A stretch of DNA of 64,000 bases. Origin: Octopus vulgaris (taxonomy: Eukaryota). The notes beneath the pieces are model-generated. The model was not told the DNA's origin, did no database searches, and saw nothing but the letters and a program-made list of their open reading frames with translations. The stretch covers positions 57,040,001-57,104,000 of the forward strand of contig OX597826.1 in assembly GCA_951406725.2 (NCBI GenBank), given 5' to 3'. Shown in pieces: positions 26,767 to 39,571 of this stretch. Numbering within the stretch: the stretch's first letter is position 1; each line of letters starts with the position of its first letter. A program made the translations under genes and the position numbers.

Positions 26767-26787
26767 TAAACACACATATTATATACC

Positions 26788-26925
26788 AGGCTTCTTCCAG
26801 TTTCTTTCTACCAAATCTACTCACAAGGTTTTGGTTAGTCTGTGGCTGTAGTAGAAGCCACATGCCCAAGGTGGTGTGCAGTGTGACTGAACCTGAGACA
26901 ACACAGTTGCAAAACTACACAGCCA
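26788..26925 (-). mobile_element. Older family A SINE head, inverted relative to adjacent copy
   Basis: ggcttcttccagtttctttctaccaaatctactcacaagg...gcccaaggtg...gactgaacc...cacagccac. Confidence 0.8.
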
Positions 26926-27207
26926 CGTTTTATATTTGCATAAATATATGTGTGTGTGTGTGCATGTATAGATATATATACACACACACACACGCACACA
27001 CAAATATGCATAAAAAATTTATACATTTGCTCAAATATATACACACAATATGTGCCTGTATATGTACATATGCATACACACATATAGACAAATAGATAGA
27101 TATAGATATGCATTACACACATACATGTAGATACTCACACATGATTATACATATACAGACATACATGCACACACATATGCATATTTACACACACACATGT
27201 ATATATT

Positions 27208-27242
<35 letters not shown>

Positions 27243-28278
27243 CTGACGCAGAGAGAGCAAAAGGGAGATATCAAGAGACAATCTGTAGGGGGGAGCAGGG
27301 TTGGGTCTAAACCATACTAACATAGGAAAATGGATCTACAAATGAATACATATATTTAAACTTTCATGGACAAACACACAAATTTATTTATATACACTCA
27401 CATGTACACATGGTTCACACAAATATACACATATACATACATACATACCTATTGTTTATCTATCAAAATAAATAAATGTGTATAAATTTTTTTTTTCGTT
27501 CATGCACATGTACTTATGTAATGCATATTTTCCTTTGTGTGTGTGTGTGTGTGTATTTTCTGCATGTATTTCATATTTTATCTCTCACCAGTATTTGAGC
27601 AGCACATTGTTAGTTGATGATCTCTACACAGATGAGGAAAATAGAACATAAATGGAAGGCGTTACATATCAAAGCTGACTCTATTCCGGTTGGGTACTTC
27701 CACAAAGAACTCAGCAAATCAAATTTTTTTTTTTGTCCCCACGCCTCTATCTCACTCACTCACTCACTCCTTAACTGCCTGCCTGCATTGCTCCTTTACT
27801 GACATAAATGCTGGCTAAATCTAATAGTAACATGTTCACTGGATTGTATACCTAGAAATTTGGGAAGTTTTCTTTCTTATAGCATCATTTTCAAAGATCT
27901 TTGACTTGAGAAGTTATATTTCATACTTCCATAGGCAATTCCATTGAGAAAGAACAAAAATAAACAAAGAAACACTATAAGGACATCATCATCATCATCA
28001 TCATCCTCATCATCAGCATCATCATCACTATTACTTGTCTAATGCCCATTTTTTTTCATGCTTGCATGGTTTCTCTTCTCCATCTACTATATATATGCGT
28101 GTGCATGTGTGTATGTTTACACACATATACAAACACACACAAACATGCAATATACAAACACACACACGCACACACACACACAAATATGCCCACATATCAG
28201 TGTGTGTGTGTATATGCACACACATCCAGATACATATAGGTGTTGCATATTTGCTTGTGAGTATGTGTAAACATTTTG

Positions 28279-28310
<32 letters not shown>

Positions 28311-28329
28311 CATACACACAGACTTTAGT

Positions 28330-29220
28330 TTAGCAGAAGTAGGATCCGTGTAGGCAACAGTGGCCTTTTGCAAACCCTCAAAGACTGGAGAAATTGATGA
28401 GGTGGAAGTTTAGTTTGAACTGCTGTGGGTGAATGTCAGAGAAAAACTACTGATAGAGGGGGTCATATTCTGGCGAAGTATTATTAGGAAGAATGTTTAG
28501 ATGTGGAAGATGAAATAACAAAGTTAATGAGAGGAGAAGATACGGGTGCACCAGATGTGATGGTTACAAATATGATTGGTTGCCCATAATTATATAGAGT
28601 AGATTGTTTATTTTCTAGAGAAGAATCCATTTAAGTAATTTTAGAAGAAGAGAGAAGAGATGGTATGTGCCTACTACAAGTTGGAAAGTGAATGTTTGGC
28701 ATTAAAGCTGAAAGGCATTCTTTTGGATAGGGTCTAGGAGTGTCTGTGTGAGTAGCTCATATATTCCAATGTGGGTTGCACTTGATATTTGCACTGTATC
28801 TACAACAGATTCACATTAATTATTTTCTGGATCTGAAGAAGCTTAGGATTTTGGCATACAAATTTGGCAATATTATAATGTGTGGTTGCAATAAGGGATC
28901 ATCAGAAACAGGGAGACAGCCATTCGTTTGTGACAACATAGATGTCTAAGGTGAAATGAAGAAAACGAAATACTTGCTGATTGAGGAAATAGGGGGAAAA
29001 ATTCACTTAATGTAAATTCATACTGATGTGATAGGTCTCAATGCTAGAATCATGAATAGTTCACCGATTATGATTGTGATATTGAAGGAGGTTTAGGAAA
29101 ATATTTTTTCTAAAGTTTCTGTTCAAAGAGTCCACGAATGATTAGCATGAAGGGGTTAACTTGCAGAAGGTAATACTTGCTTATGGGAGTAAAAGGAAGT
29201 GTGATGATTGATAGTAGCAT
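28330..29220 (-). mobile_element. Decayed CR1/Jockey-group LINE RT C-terminal fragment
   Basis: Minus strand around 28755-28790 reads KYQVQPTLEY, like the YK.QVRP.LEY motif; many stops and frameshifts; boundaries approximate. Confidence 0.5.
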
Positions 29221-29227
29221 CCATGGA

Positions 29228-29440
29228 GAGGCACATGGTTTAGTAATTAGAATATTGGATTCATGATTGTAAGATTGTGGTTTCGATTTCTAGACAGGGC
29301 AATGCATTGTGCTCTTTAGTAAAACATTTAGTTTCACATTGCTCCAGTCTACTAATCTTGTGATGGACCAGTGTCCTATCTAAGGAGGAATGTATATAAG
29401 CCAGAGAAACTGGGGAGCCAGTCCTATGCTCCCCATAGAG
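29228..29440 (+). mobile_element. Family F old tRNA-headed SINE
   Basis: ggcacatggtttagtaattag...ggtttcgatttct (A/B-box-like), ttgtgctctttagtaaaac, gatggaccagtgtcctatct; related copy at 52035-52260. Confidence 0.55.
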
Positions 29441-29851
29441 TAATGTGGCCTAACTATGTGCAAACAATGTGATTAGTACAGGACTGGGAAATTATGGCTA
29501 CAAGACCAGGATCTTGAATGTTTTATGAAAGAATCCAGGATTGTGCATTATAAAGTAAACTTTTTAGTCATTACTTATCTTTATTTACATTTTAAATATT
29601 TCTAATTACATTTTCAAAATAATTTCATTTTTCCATTATCATTCTCATCCTAATAATTTTATGCTTGCTTGCTATGATTGCATGAATTGGACGAGTTATA
29701 AAACTGAACCAGTTCTTAGGGTAGCATCCTTTATAGAAGGGTCAGGAACAACAATTCATTTGTATGTTATATTTTGGTATAGTTTCCATGGTCAGATGTT
29801 TTATTAATGCTAACCATTCTATAAACACATATGTGTTTGATAAAATTGTCT

Positions 29852-30210
29852 TACTTATTTTATTGATCCCAAGAGGGTGAAAGGCAAAGTTGACCCTAAA
29901 AGGATGAATGGTAAAGTAGACTCTGGTGTAATTTGAATATTAATAACAACAACAACAATAATAATGATTATAATGATGATGATGATAATAATGGTTTCAA
30001 ATTTTGGTCCAAGGCCAGTAAGTTTGGTGGGAGATGTGGGTGGACAAGTCAACTACATCACTCCAGTGCTCAACTGGTACTTATTTTATCAACCCCAAAA
30101 AGATGGAAAGTTAAGTCAACCTTGGCGAAATTTGAACTCAGAATGTATAGACAGACAAAATGCCACTAGGCATTTTCTCCATTCTGTTGACAATTCTGCT
30201 AGCTCACCTT
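29852..30210 (-). mobile_element. Family C SINE (29992-30210) plus partial, internally duplicated copy (29852-29940)
   Basis: ccagtgctcaactggtacttattttatcaacccc...aagtcaaccttggcgaaatttgaactcagaa...ttctgctagctcacctt is the reverse complement of family C. Confidence 0.8.
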
Positions 30211-30241
30211 ATTATCATTGTCATCATTATTATCATTATTA

Positions 30242-30279
<38 letters not shown>

Positions 30280-31349
30280 GTTATTATTATTATTTCTAAC
30301 AGTGGTGCAATGAGTTGAAACTATCTCCTGAAAGAATGGAAACTTTCATCCATTGCTTATCTGAAGTCCAAACACTATAGACAAACAGTTATAGCTTCTC
30401 TTCTAATATTTTCTCTTGTTACTATGGATATCTATAGACTTACCATTCCTAGTATTTTGTTGTGATCTAGTCAGTGTAACCTTTCCAGCCGAAATTTCAG
30501 ATTATTGGAATTTTGCACAAAGAAAATTATGATTTCTATATTGTTGTCATACTGTGGGGATGTCATGCTATAAACTCATTCAGAAGAAAAATATATATAT
30601 ATATATATAAAAACCTGTATTCATTGTGATTATTACAATGACATTTTCCCCTCCAGGCTGACAAATCTTTAAGTAAGAAATATCCAGCTAAATTTGGAAC
30701 TTTGATTAATAAAATAGGATGATAGAATTTGAGTAAGAAGGTATGTATAATAAAACAACCACGGCAGAATGTCATATAACTTGATATAGTTTGGAAGTCA
30801 AACTCTTAATTGAGCAAAGGAGAGGCAGGAGAACACAAGACCAAAAAAAAAAAAAGAAAAAAGAAAAAAAGAAAAGAAAAAGAAAATGTCTATAATTTGA
30901 AAAAAAATATTGTAACTTTGTTAGAATACAATACTGACAGATTTTATTTTCATTGATTTTATTTTTTTCTTTGCAGAGAATATGAAAAGGATATAAAGTT
31001 GCTTTGGTTTTATGTAAAACTATATACCACTATGCATCAAATGAATTCCTTGTATTTTTACTGACTTGCCTCTCTGCTGACAATCAAGCATAAATGACAA
31101 TGTATCTGTCATTCTGCCTGTATACAAAAGGGTAAAAGCTCACAGTCTGGGTAGTTAATCCTGGTTCTAATTGACAGTGTTGGTCATTATGAATCCCTGA
31201 CCTTTAAACTTCACTTTTAAGCACTTGACCTGCACTCCTCCTTACCAAAGTGACACTAAAGTTGGCTATTGAGCTCTCTATCTAATGGGTGTTTTCAGTA
31301 AAACACTGGGGAAATTTCTGCTTTCTTCTCCCTCTCTAACAAAACATAC

Positions 31350-31405
<56 letters not shown>

Positions 31406-31849
31406 CATGCCCAAATGTGTATGCACATGTAGCATACATAGCTAATATATAAAAATATGCATACTTGTATGCTTATATCTTTATACATAAAACATCATAT
31501 GTTAATCTACATTGCTATATACATGCATTAGTTTCTCACTGTGTGTGTGTATGTAGGTACACATGCACACAGTATAACTCATGCACCTTTTCACACATAA
31601 GTAATATAAATATACACTCATATATATACACACACACAAAAGATACATTCAACCATAATATAGATACACACATGCATACAGGAGAGAGAGAGAGAGAGCA
31701 ATAGAAGAATGGACCAATATAATTGAAAAAAAAAAAATCAACCAAGGTGTCAGTGATTGGTATTCAGTCATTAGTACTGCACTGTATGAGTGACCAATGG
31801 TTTAGTACATCAAACTGTAAATAGAAGGCACAACAATAGAATTGGTCTT

Positions 31850-32365
31850 CACTGAAGAAAGGTAAACATATTGTAAAAATGATGCATTTCCTTAGCTTGC
31901 TGTGCTAAATTATATATTTTTGATACATGTATATCTAGACAGACTGGGAGGAGAGTTAATACCAACAAACGAAAATCTCTCATCGTGAAGATGAAAGTAA
32001 TCACATGATAGCTGTTGGATGGTGTAAATAAATGATTGTGTATATGGCAATAGACAAAAATATACATACACGTATATAAGAGAGAAAAAGTGAGAATAAC
32101 TGAAGGGCTGTGTGAATTATTCACCACCTTAATTAAAGTTTGAAACATGTCAGAAATCGGATGTAAATAACAGTAGAGTTTTTGAGGAATATTTAAATAG
32201 CCAGACCATAAAAGCTCATAAATTCAGTTATTCCCCCACCACCCATTTCACCACACATGTTAAAGGGGTGTTGAAAAGCAACCCAGCATTTATATTTTAT
32301 ATACATGTCCTGAGAGATGGTATGTTATAGTACACACCTATCGATCAAAAACGCAAGTCGGAAGC
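31850..32365 (+). mobile_element. Possible decayed Penelope-like terminal-repeat array with 3-4 hammerhead-like remnants
   Basis: ctgaaga (31852); gtgaaga...agct-gtt-gga (31985-32019); ctgaagg...GAAAC-AT-GTC (32100-32151); tc-ctgaga...aaaac-gcaa-GTC-gga (32308-32362). All cores are imperfect. Confidence 0.35.
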
Positions 32366-33615
32366 AACAAAGTTACTAGTGAATGTTAGAAGAAAAGTGA
32401 AAGCCAGGTCTCTGTTTTGTCTTTTGTCTGCACAAAATATATAATTCCATTTAAATAATAAATATTCTTAAAGTGAACTTGAAGGACACCTGTGATTAAC
32501 TGCCATTTTCTCATGCCACAGCAAAGTCAGAATTACACAAAAAACAAAACAAAACATAAATAAGCAAAGAAGAAAGAGGTTTAGTCAGTAAATTAATCAA
32601 ATATGTTTTATTTTCTTTCTTTTCAGTATAGTCAGATTTACAACCACTGTATAGTGGAGTAGAATTATAGTAAGGACATGAAATGTTGGTAGTGAAGACA
32701 ATAGGTATGCATGTAGCAGAGAAGAAGAAACTAGTTGAGTGTAAAGCACTGGGTACATAATGCAAACTTCAAACATTGGGTTTAAAACCATATGAGTGTT
32801 TAAACGTTATGTAAGAGTTGGTTTATCATTTACAAAAGGGGTAAAAAAAAGGTTTCTGTTAATATAAGTGTAAAGGAACATAAAGCATAAATAGATGATA
32901 GCCTGACTCTACAAAAGAAAAGAAAATTAAAATATAAAACAGCTTCACATGCTGTCTGATTTAACATCACTACCTGATACATGAGTAGATTTAGTGGAGG
33001 TCACTCGAGTGCAAGAATTTGGACTAGACACCTGATATCCCATTTTGCATACATTACAGAGATTGAGCTGCAGATGTTAAACTTGTGTATTAACCACATC
33101 TCACTGACCAGGTCTGCAAAGGTCATGAGAAGGTCTGCAAAGTTCATAAGCATTGTCAATTCCTGGCTGATCAGTTTATAATGTAAACACCAGAACAAGT
33201 CCTTATGGATAATGAACTAAGGTAAGACTGAAGTATACATAAATATACTGATAAATAGGCCTAGAAAACCCATACAAAGCATGGAAAACTCACTGCCAGC
33301 AGATAAATACTTTTTAGTAATGTTAGGAGACTGAAGACGAAATTTCCCAAGTTACTGGTAATTAAATGATATGACTGACTTATGTGATATGAATGAGGGG
33401 TTGAGTTTTACAATGATATTTACAATAGATATTTACATGGAATTTTCACTTTTATATAGTTATATACCATTGGAAACTCAGCACTGTAAGCTAACAAGAC
33501 CCAGTTATATGGTGCTGCTATTACTTATAACAAACAGAAAACAGAACTGCCCCACCTATTTACAGTCAAATGGCCTCAGTCAATTAAAGTTGTATATCTT
33601 TGCCATTGACATAGT

Positions 33616-34010
33616 CATCATCATCATTGTTCGACCGTGGTCGAGACAATGGAATTTACCATGCTACGCCAGACTTCACGGTCCATCATGGCATTACGGA
33701 GGTCCTGTTGCTGGATGCCTGTATCCCTGGAGATTACATCAGGGTAGGAGTGTGTGCGCCCTCTGGTATTGCGAGTAGATGGCTTCCAGAGGAGAAGAGT
33801 AGAAATTGCCTCATTTTCAGCTCTACAACAATGTCCAGCAAACTGGACTCTCCTACCTTTCTCAAGAGATGACACAGGTGGTAGTTTCCCATATATTTGC
33901 ATTTTGGTTGGATGACGCTTCCACGAGAGATTTTGAGCTCTCATAAGGAGGCGAGTGTAGGTTCCATCCAACCGCCTCTCAAGCTTCTTTGATAACGTCC
34001 AGGTTTCTGA
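33616..34010 (-). mobile_element. RTE-clade LINE, 5'-truncated 3' end with open ORF remnant, (TGA)n tail and TSD
   Basis: SETWTLSKKLERRLDGTYTRLLMRAQNLSWKRH...RRVQFAGHCCR...MMDREVWR is the typical RTE post-RT C-terminus; the stop runs into (tga)n; tgacatagt duplicated at 33607-33615 and 34008-34016. Confidence 0.92.
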
Positions 34011-35121
34011 CATAGTACTGGTGTCAGTGGAAATCTTTGGTCAGTAAGAGGACACCCAACTCAGCAGTGGAAATACAGTAAGTTGTTCTGATATTCCTAC
34101 ATAATCAGTAGAATTCCAAAAGACGTAGTGGTTGATGTAACAACAAAAGTGGATGCAGCAAAACCAAAATAAATTATGTTAGAATATCTATGAAGAAAGG
34201 AAACATTAAGCAAGTTTTTCAGAGGAAGTCCTTCACTGGAGAATGAAAGAGTATTATTACAAGAATGAGAGGATATCAGAAGAGCCAATACAATGTTTTT
34301 TTAAAATTTTTTTTTTCCCTAGAATTTCTTTCTGCGAATAAAGGTTCTAGTCAAAACATTAGATATTTCTTTTCTTCAGAGAACATACTTTTTTTTTTTG
34401 CATATTTTTATTACTTTGATATCAAATGTATTTTCCCAGTAAATAGTTTTATGGCCAGGAGACACAGAATTTGGTTTCACTACAAACTTATTAATTCTGT
34501 TTTATTTTACTGTTGTTTCGTGTTTTTTTATATGCTAGCCTTGGCTAGTAAAAAATGTTTGAAAAAAAAAAATAATAAATGTATTTCTTGCTACTATCAA
34601 ATTCCAACATTCCTCTTTAATTTGCATAAAATCATGTTAATTTTGATGCAACCAAGCATAGAATATGAGCAAATTTAAAATTCTGATTTATAAAATACTT
34701 TTATAGAATAGACAGAAAAAATAAATTATTAGATATTTGCCAAAGAAGAAATATGTTGGCAGCATTAATATACTGGAGTGATTTTGTGAGTAATTTAGTG
34801 TTTTAAGCAATTTTTTTTTACACATTTATGGAAAAGAAAATATATACTATACACACGTATACAAACACAATGAGATTAACACGGTAACTTTGACTTCGTT
34901 ACTAAACAAGCTAGGAATAACAGTCAATAGGAATAAGAGTCAAATCTCCTTCATATAATGAAAGATGGATGCATTGGCTGATGTGGTGTGATAAAAAGAT
35001 ACAGAGTATGGGCATGGCTGGAATGTCTTTGATCACTGGACTGCTCATTCAGAGCCTATGTAGGGCTAAGCAGCAACAACTCAAGCATAAATACAAACAC
35101 ACTCCAATACATATACATATT

Positions 35122-35122
<1 letters not shown>

Positions 35123-35172
<50 letters not shown>

Positions 35173-35371
35173 GGGAGTATGAAAGGGTGAGAGAAAGAGA
35201 AAGAAAGAGAGGGGGGAGAGAGTAGGAAAGGGAGGGAAAAAGAGAAGGAAAAGGAGAGTGTAGGAAAGGGAGGGAGAGGGGGAGAGAAAAGGGAGGGAGA
35301 GGGGGAGAGAAAAGGGAGGGAGGGAGAGACAGCGAGCAAGAGAGAGAGGGAGTAAGAGAGAGAGAGAGAGC

Positions 35372-35402
<31 letters not shown>

Positions 35403-35470
35403 CAAGAGAAAGCAAGAGAGAGAGAGAGAGAGAGCAAGAGCAAGAGCAAGAGAGAGCAAGAGAGAGAGAG
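35123..35470. repeat. Polypurine (GA)n/(GGGA)n tract, ~350 bp
   Basis: Almost purely purine on the plus strand; tandem ggga-rich sub-duplication near 35268-35325. Confidence 0.95.
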
Positions 35471-36074
35471 CGGATGTTCTTAGTTTCGAAACACTAGGAA
35501 ATCTTTTGGTATTAGTAGACAATGGCATTCACCCACACAACATTCTTTCATGACATAGCTAAAGAGGGCCCGATCTATGATGTCATCTACTGACACTGAA
35601 AGATTGTCCTGTAATAAACTGCATGTAACATTTCAGTATTCCGGCTTAAAATACATTTGAGTACTTTACCCCACAGGTGAGTTTCTCTGTTTTTGTTTTC
35701 CCTCTAAGAGGAAGCAGAAAACTTCACTGACACATACACATATGTATGTATATTATGTTTACTTTTGTATTCATGCATAAAAAGAGAACATATCTTACAA
35801 CCCTCCCATTTGTGTGTATGAATGGGTGCATTGTATATATTAAATAGATAAGGTAATAATACAGGAAAGACAACTATGGCTATACAAAGAAAACTCCATC
35901 GAAGGAGTGTGTGTGGGCAAGAAAAGGAAGAAGGGAAATTATTTTTGATTCCTTTACTACTGAAAGAACTGGAAAGGTCAATGACCAAGGAAAGACAGCC
36001 AATCAGTGATGCTGAAATAATGACCCATGTAATTGTATATTTTTGATTTTGTTTCTTTTTCTCTCTTTTTATAG

Positions 36075-36145
36075 GTTTGGTCTAATGGAAGGAAAGGGGC
36101 TGTGTCTATTGGCCTTCACGGGGCAGGCTTTCCAGAGAGAAACTT
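36075..36145 (+). other. Candidate exon (71 nt) with possible start codon
   Basis: Long polypyrimidine tract plus atag acceptor (36073-36074), GC-richer interior, donor gtaaga at 36146; ATG at 36085 gives MEGKGLCLLAFTGQAFQRET, ending in phase 1. No recognisable homology. Confidence 0.35.
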
Positions 36146-37806
36146 GTAAGACTAAAGCCATTAACGTTCCTTGGGTGGGTGGGTGGGGGTGCAGAGGGAA
36201 AAGATGAATAAATAGAATGTCATTTTATAGAATGATTTAGTTGATAAAGATGACGACAGTGATGATTATGATGATACTAAAGTTGCTAATACTGATGATG
36301 ATGATGATGATGCTGACAACACTAGGAGTTGTTACAAGTGCTGTTAACTATTGCTGGTTACATTAATTGACTGTTCGCAGCAAGTGAAAGCTGACTCACC
36401 AGCGGGTTATAAAGGTGAAACTGGACAAACCTAACCAGATGCACAAACCGACCAACTAAACACCCAGCCAAGAAGTGTCTTCCCCTCACAACAACAACAA
36501 AAAAAAACAAAACAAATAAACAATAAAAAAAATAATAAATGTGTGTAAAGGAATTCAGTTATGCAGAGTTAATAAGTACTTGAAACAGGTTGTTGTTGGA
36601 GTGGAGAAAGAAAATGCATCCATGCGTGATTCCTTAGTGGAAATCTGAATTCTATGAAATCACATATACAAAAAAGGTACCTGATGTATTTATGTGTGTG
36701 TGTGTATAACCGCATATTAAACACTCCCCTTACATTATATTCACAAAAATGAATTATGTTACTGTTGTGATTGTTGTTATTTATACAATTAATACTTTCT
36801 GTCTATTAATTTTATTAATAACAACTTTCAACAAAAAGCCAGAAATGCTTCCCTCCACCCACATCACAAGCCTTCTCTCTCTCTCTCTCTCTCTTTTTCT
36901 GTCTCTCAAAATAAATCATTATCAACGTCATCACAGTGTAATGTCGTTTTTTAAAAAATTTTTTGGTAGTTGCTTTGTAGTATGTGTGTGTTTTTTTTTT
37001 TAAGGAACATTATTATTCAACTTCCTGATGTTGAATAAAAATTTTGAAAATAGATTTATAAAAAATGAACTCTATTTCCTATAAAGTTACTTTGGTCTTC
37101 CATAATGTGTGAGCATGCATGTGTGTGTGTGTGTGGGAAAACATGTGCACACATACACTATACACTGGCAGAAAATTTTTTGAAACAGAAATATTTATGC
37201 AGTTAGAGTCCTTATATACACACAAACACACACACTTGTAATGTGTGTGCATGTGTGTATGGGAGAGAGAGAGAGAGAGAGAGAGAGACTAAGTTTTGCT
37301 AGAAATGAAAAAACCTCTCTTGTACTGGCAGTATGGTAAAATGTACTCAGTACACTCAGTAAAATGGTTAGAAATAAGAAGGGCATCAAGCAATGGACAT
37401 CATCCAACAACGAATGTCTTTTAACAGAATAAATTATAGATTTATTATTATGGTATATTAAAGGAAGGGTCATCCGTAACATCATGTTTTTCACAGGAAA
37501 AGCTGTGGGCTATGACATCAACTGGAAGATCTTTGAAAAATCAAAAACCATATTGAAAATGGCAGAAATGGATGTAGTCTATACCCTGTGAAGAAAAGGC
37601 TGATACTTAAAGAGTTTGCTGCAGCTAGGGATGTATTTAAATGTTTAGTCTGAAATGTTCAATAAATGTAAACATATCAATAAGTTAACTGGTCACAACC
37701 ATCATGAAATACATACTGTGTTTATGCAATGCTGAATGCATCAATACCAAAATTTTGTATGTGCATATTTTCTTGTGTTACATACATTTGACTCTACAGA
37801 AATTCT

Positions 37807-38000
37807 TACTACTCTTTTACTTGTTTCAGTTAGTTGACTGCGGCCATGCTGGAGCAAATCGACCCCAGGACTTATTCTTTGTAAGCCTAGTACTTATTCT
37901 ATCAGTCTCTTTTGCCGAACTGCTAAGTTACAGGGACGTAAACACACCAGCATCAGTTGTCAAATGATGTTGGGGGGACGAACACAGACACACAAACACG

Positions 38001-38034
<34 letters not shown>

Positions 38035-38197
38035 CGATGGGCTTCTTTCAGTTTCCATCTACCAAATCCACTCACAAGGCTTTGGTTGGCCCGAGGCTAC
38101 AGTAGAAGACACTTGCCCAAGGTGCCACGCAGTAGGACTGAACCCGGAACCATGTGGTTGGTATGCAAGCTACTTACCACACAGCCACTCCTGTACC
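37807..38197 (-). mobile_element. Family A SINE with 17-bp internal deletion
   Basis: Reverse complement of family A; deletion between two gagca motifs at ~37852-37856. Confidence 0.92.
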
Positions 38198-38645
38198 TAC
38201 TTTATCTTCTTGCTGAATTGTAACTAAGTTCTATTTTACTTTGTTTCTTTTTATGACTATGGATCTGTACTTTTATATTCATATACTTATCCTCTGTTTT
38301 AATTCTTCACCTATTAACAGGTTCACTTCAGGGGAAAATTTAATCCTTTAACTAAATTTCAGTTGCCCTCCTTAGACCATAACTTGTGAGAATATTTGCA
38401 TGAAAGGATTTTTTTCTGTCCTTGGGAGCTCTGAATACATCAAATGGAAGTGTACAGAATTCCCTCCTTGTCTTCAAAAGACAAATCACTTTAAAAGATG
38501 TGATATGGATATTTACTTGGAATACCATGTCTGATTATGCATATTTGGTCTTGAAGCTGAGTTTTTTGAAGGTCACAGTAACAATGGATTGACCAGGTTT
38601 TTATAATAATAAGATATCGACTATATAAATCCATAAGTACAAAAC

Positions 38646-38985
38646 ATGTATGCATGTATGTATGTATGTATGTATGTATGTATGTATGTATGTATGTATG
38701 TATGTATGTATGTATGTATGTATGTACGTATGTATGTACGTATGTACGTACGTATGTATGCATGCATGTATGTATGCATGTATGTATCTACGTATGTATG
38801 TATATATGTATGTATGTATGTATGTATGCATGCATGCGTGCATGTATGTATGTATGTATGTATGCATACATGCATGCATGTATGTATGTATGTGTGTATG
38901 TATGTATGTATGTATGTATGTATGTATGTATGTGTGTGTGTGTGTGTATGAGTGTGTGCATGTGTGAGTGTGCACATGCGTGCAT
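38646..38985. repeat. (TATG)n tetranucleotide microsatellite with variant units
   Basis: Directly visible. Confidence 0.97.
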
Positions 38986-39362
38986 GTAATCTTGTTTTGC
39001 CTTGGGCCCTAAAATCTTCCTTGAGTTGTAAGAGTTGCTGTCATTAGAAATAGTGGGTCTTACATATATAGAAAATTCCTTTATGTGTATGTGTGCACGC
39101 ATGTGAGAGAGAGAAAGAGATGAGAGAGAGAGAGAGAGAGAGTGATCTGACAGACAAATTTAACCTTGGGATGATTTGAACTAGGTTACAAATACCATGA
39201 GGCATTCTTACTACTGCTCTAACACTTGACAATCTGTTACTTTATATATATTTATTTATACATCTATCTACATATATGTTACCATCGTCATCATACGTAT
39301 GTATGTGAATACACACTCATATATATATATATATATATATATACAGATACATCTGTGGCAGA

Positions 39363-39571
39363 TACTGGTGTCATACAAATGGTACCCATGCCTGTGTCAC
39401 ATAAAAGTACCCATTACACTCTTGGAGTGGATGGCATCAGGAAGGGCATCCAGCCATAGAAACCATGCCAAATCAGACTGGAGTTTGTTGCAGCCTTCCA
39501 GTTTGCCAGCCCTGGTCAAACCATCCAACCTATGCAAGCATGAACAATGAATGTTAAAGGATGATGATGAT
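39363..39571 (+). mobile_element. Family B retroposon, more diverged copy
   Basis: cataaaagtacccattacactcttggagtggatggcatcaggaagggcatccagccatagaaacc...atgttaaaggatgatgatga. Confidence 0.85.

Noticed and set aside
33624-34013. 129-aa ORF as a host gene
   Set aside because: It is a truncated RTE ORF end; the ATG comes from the target-site junction.
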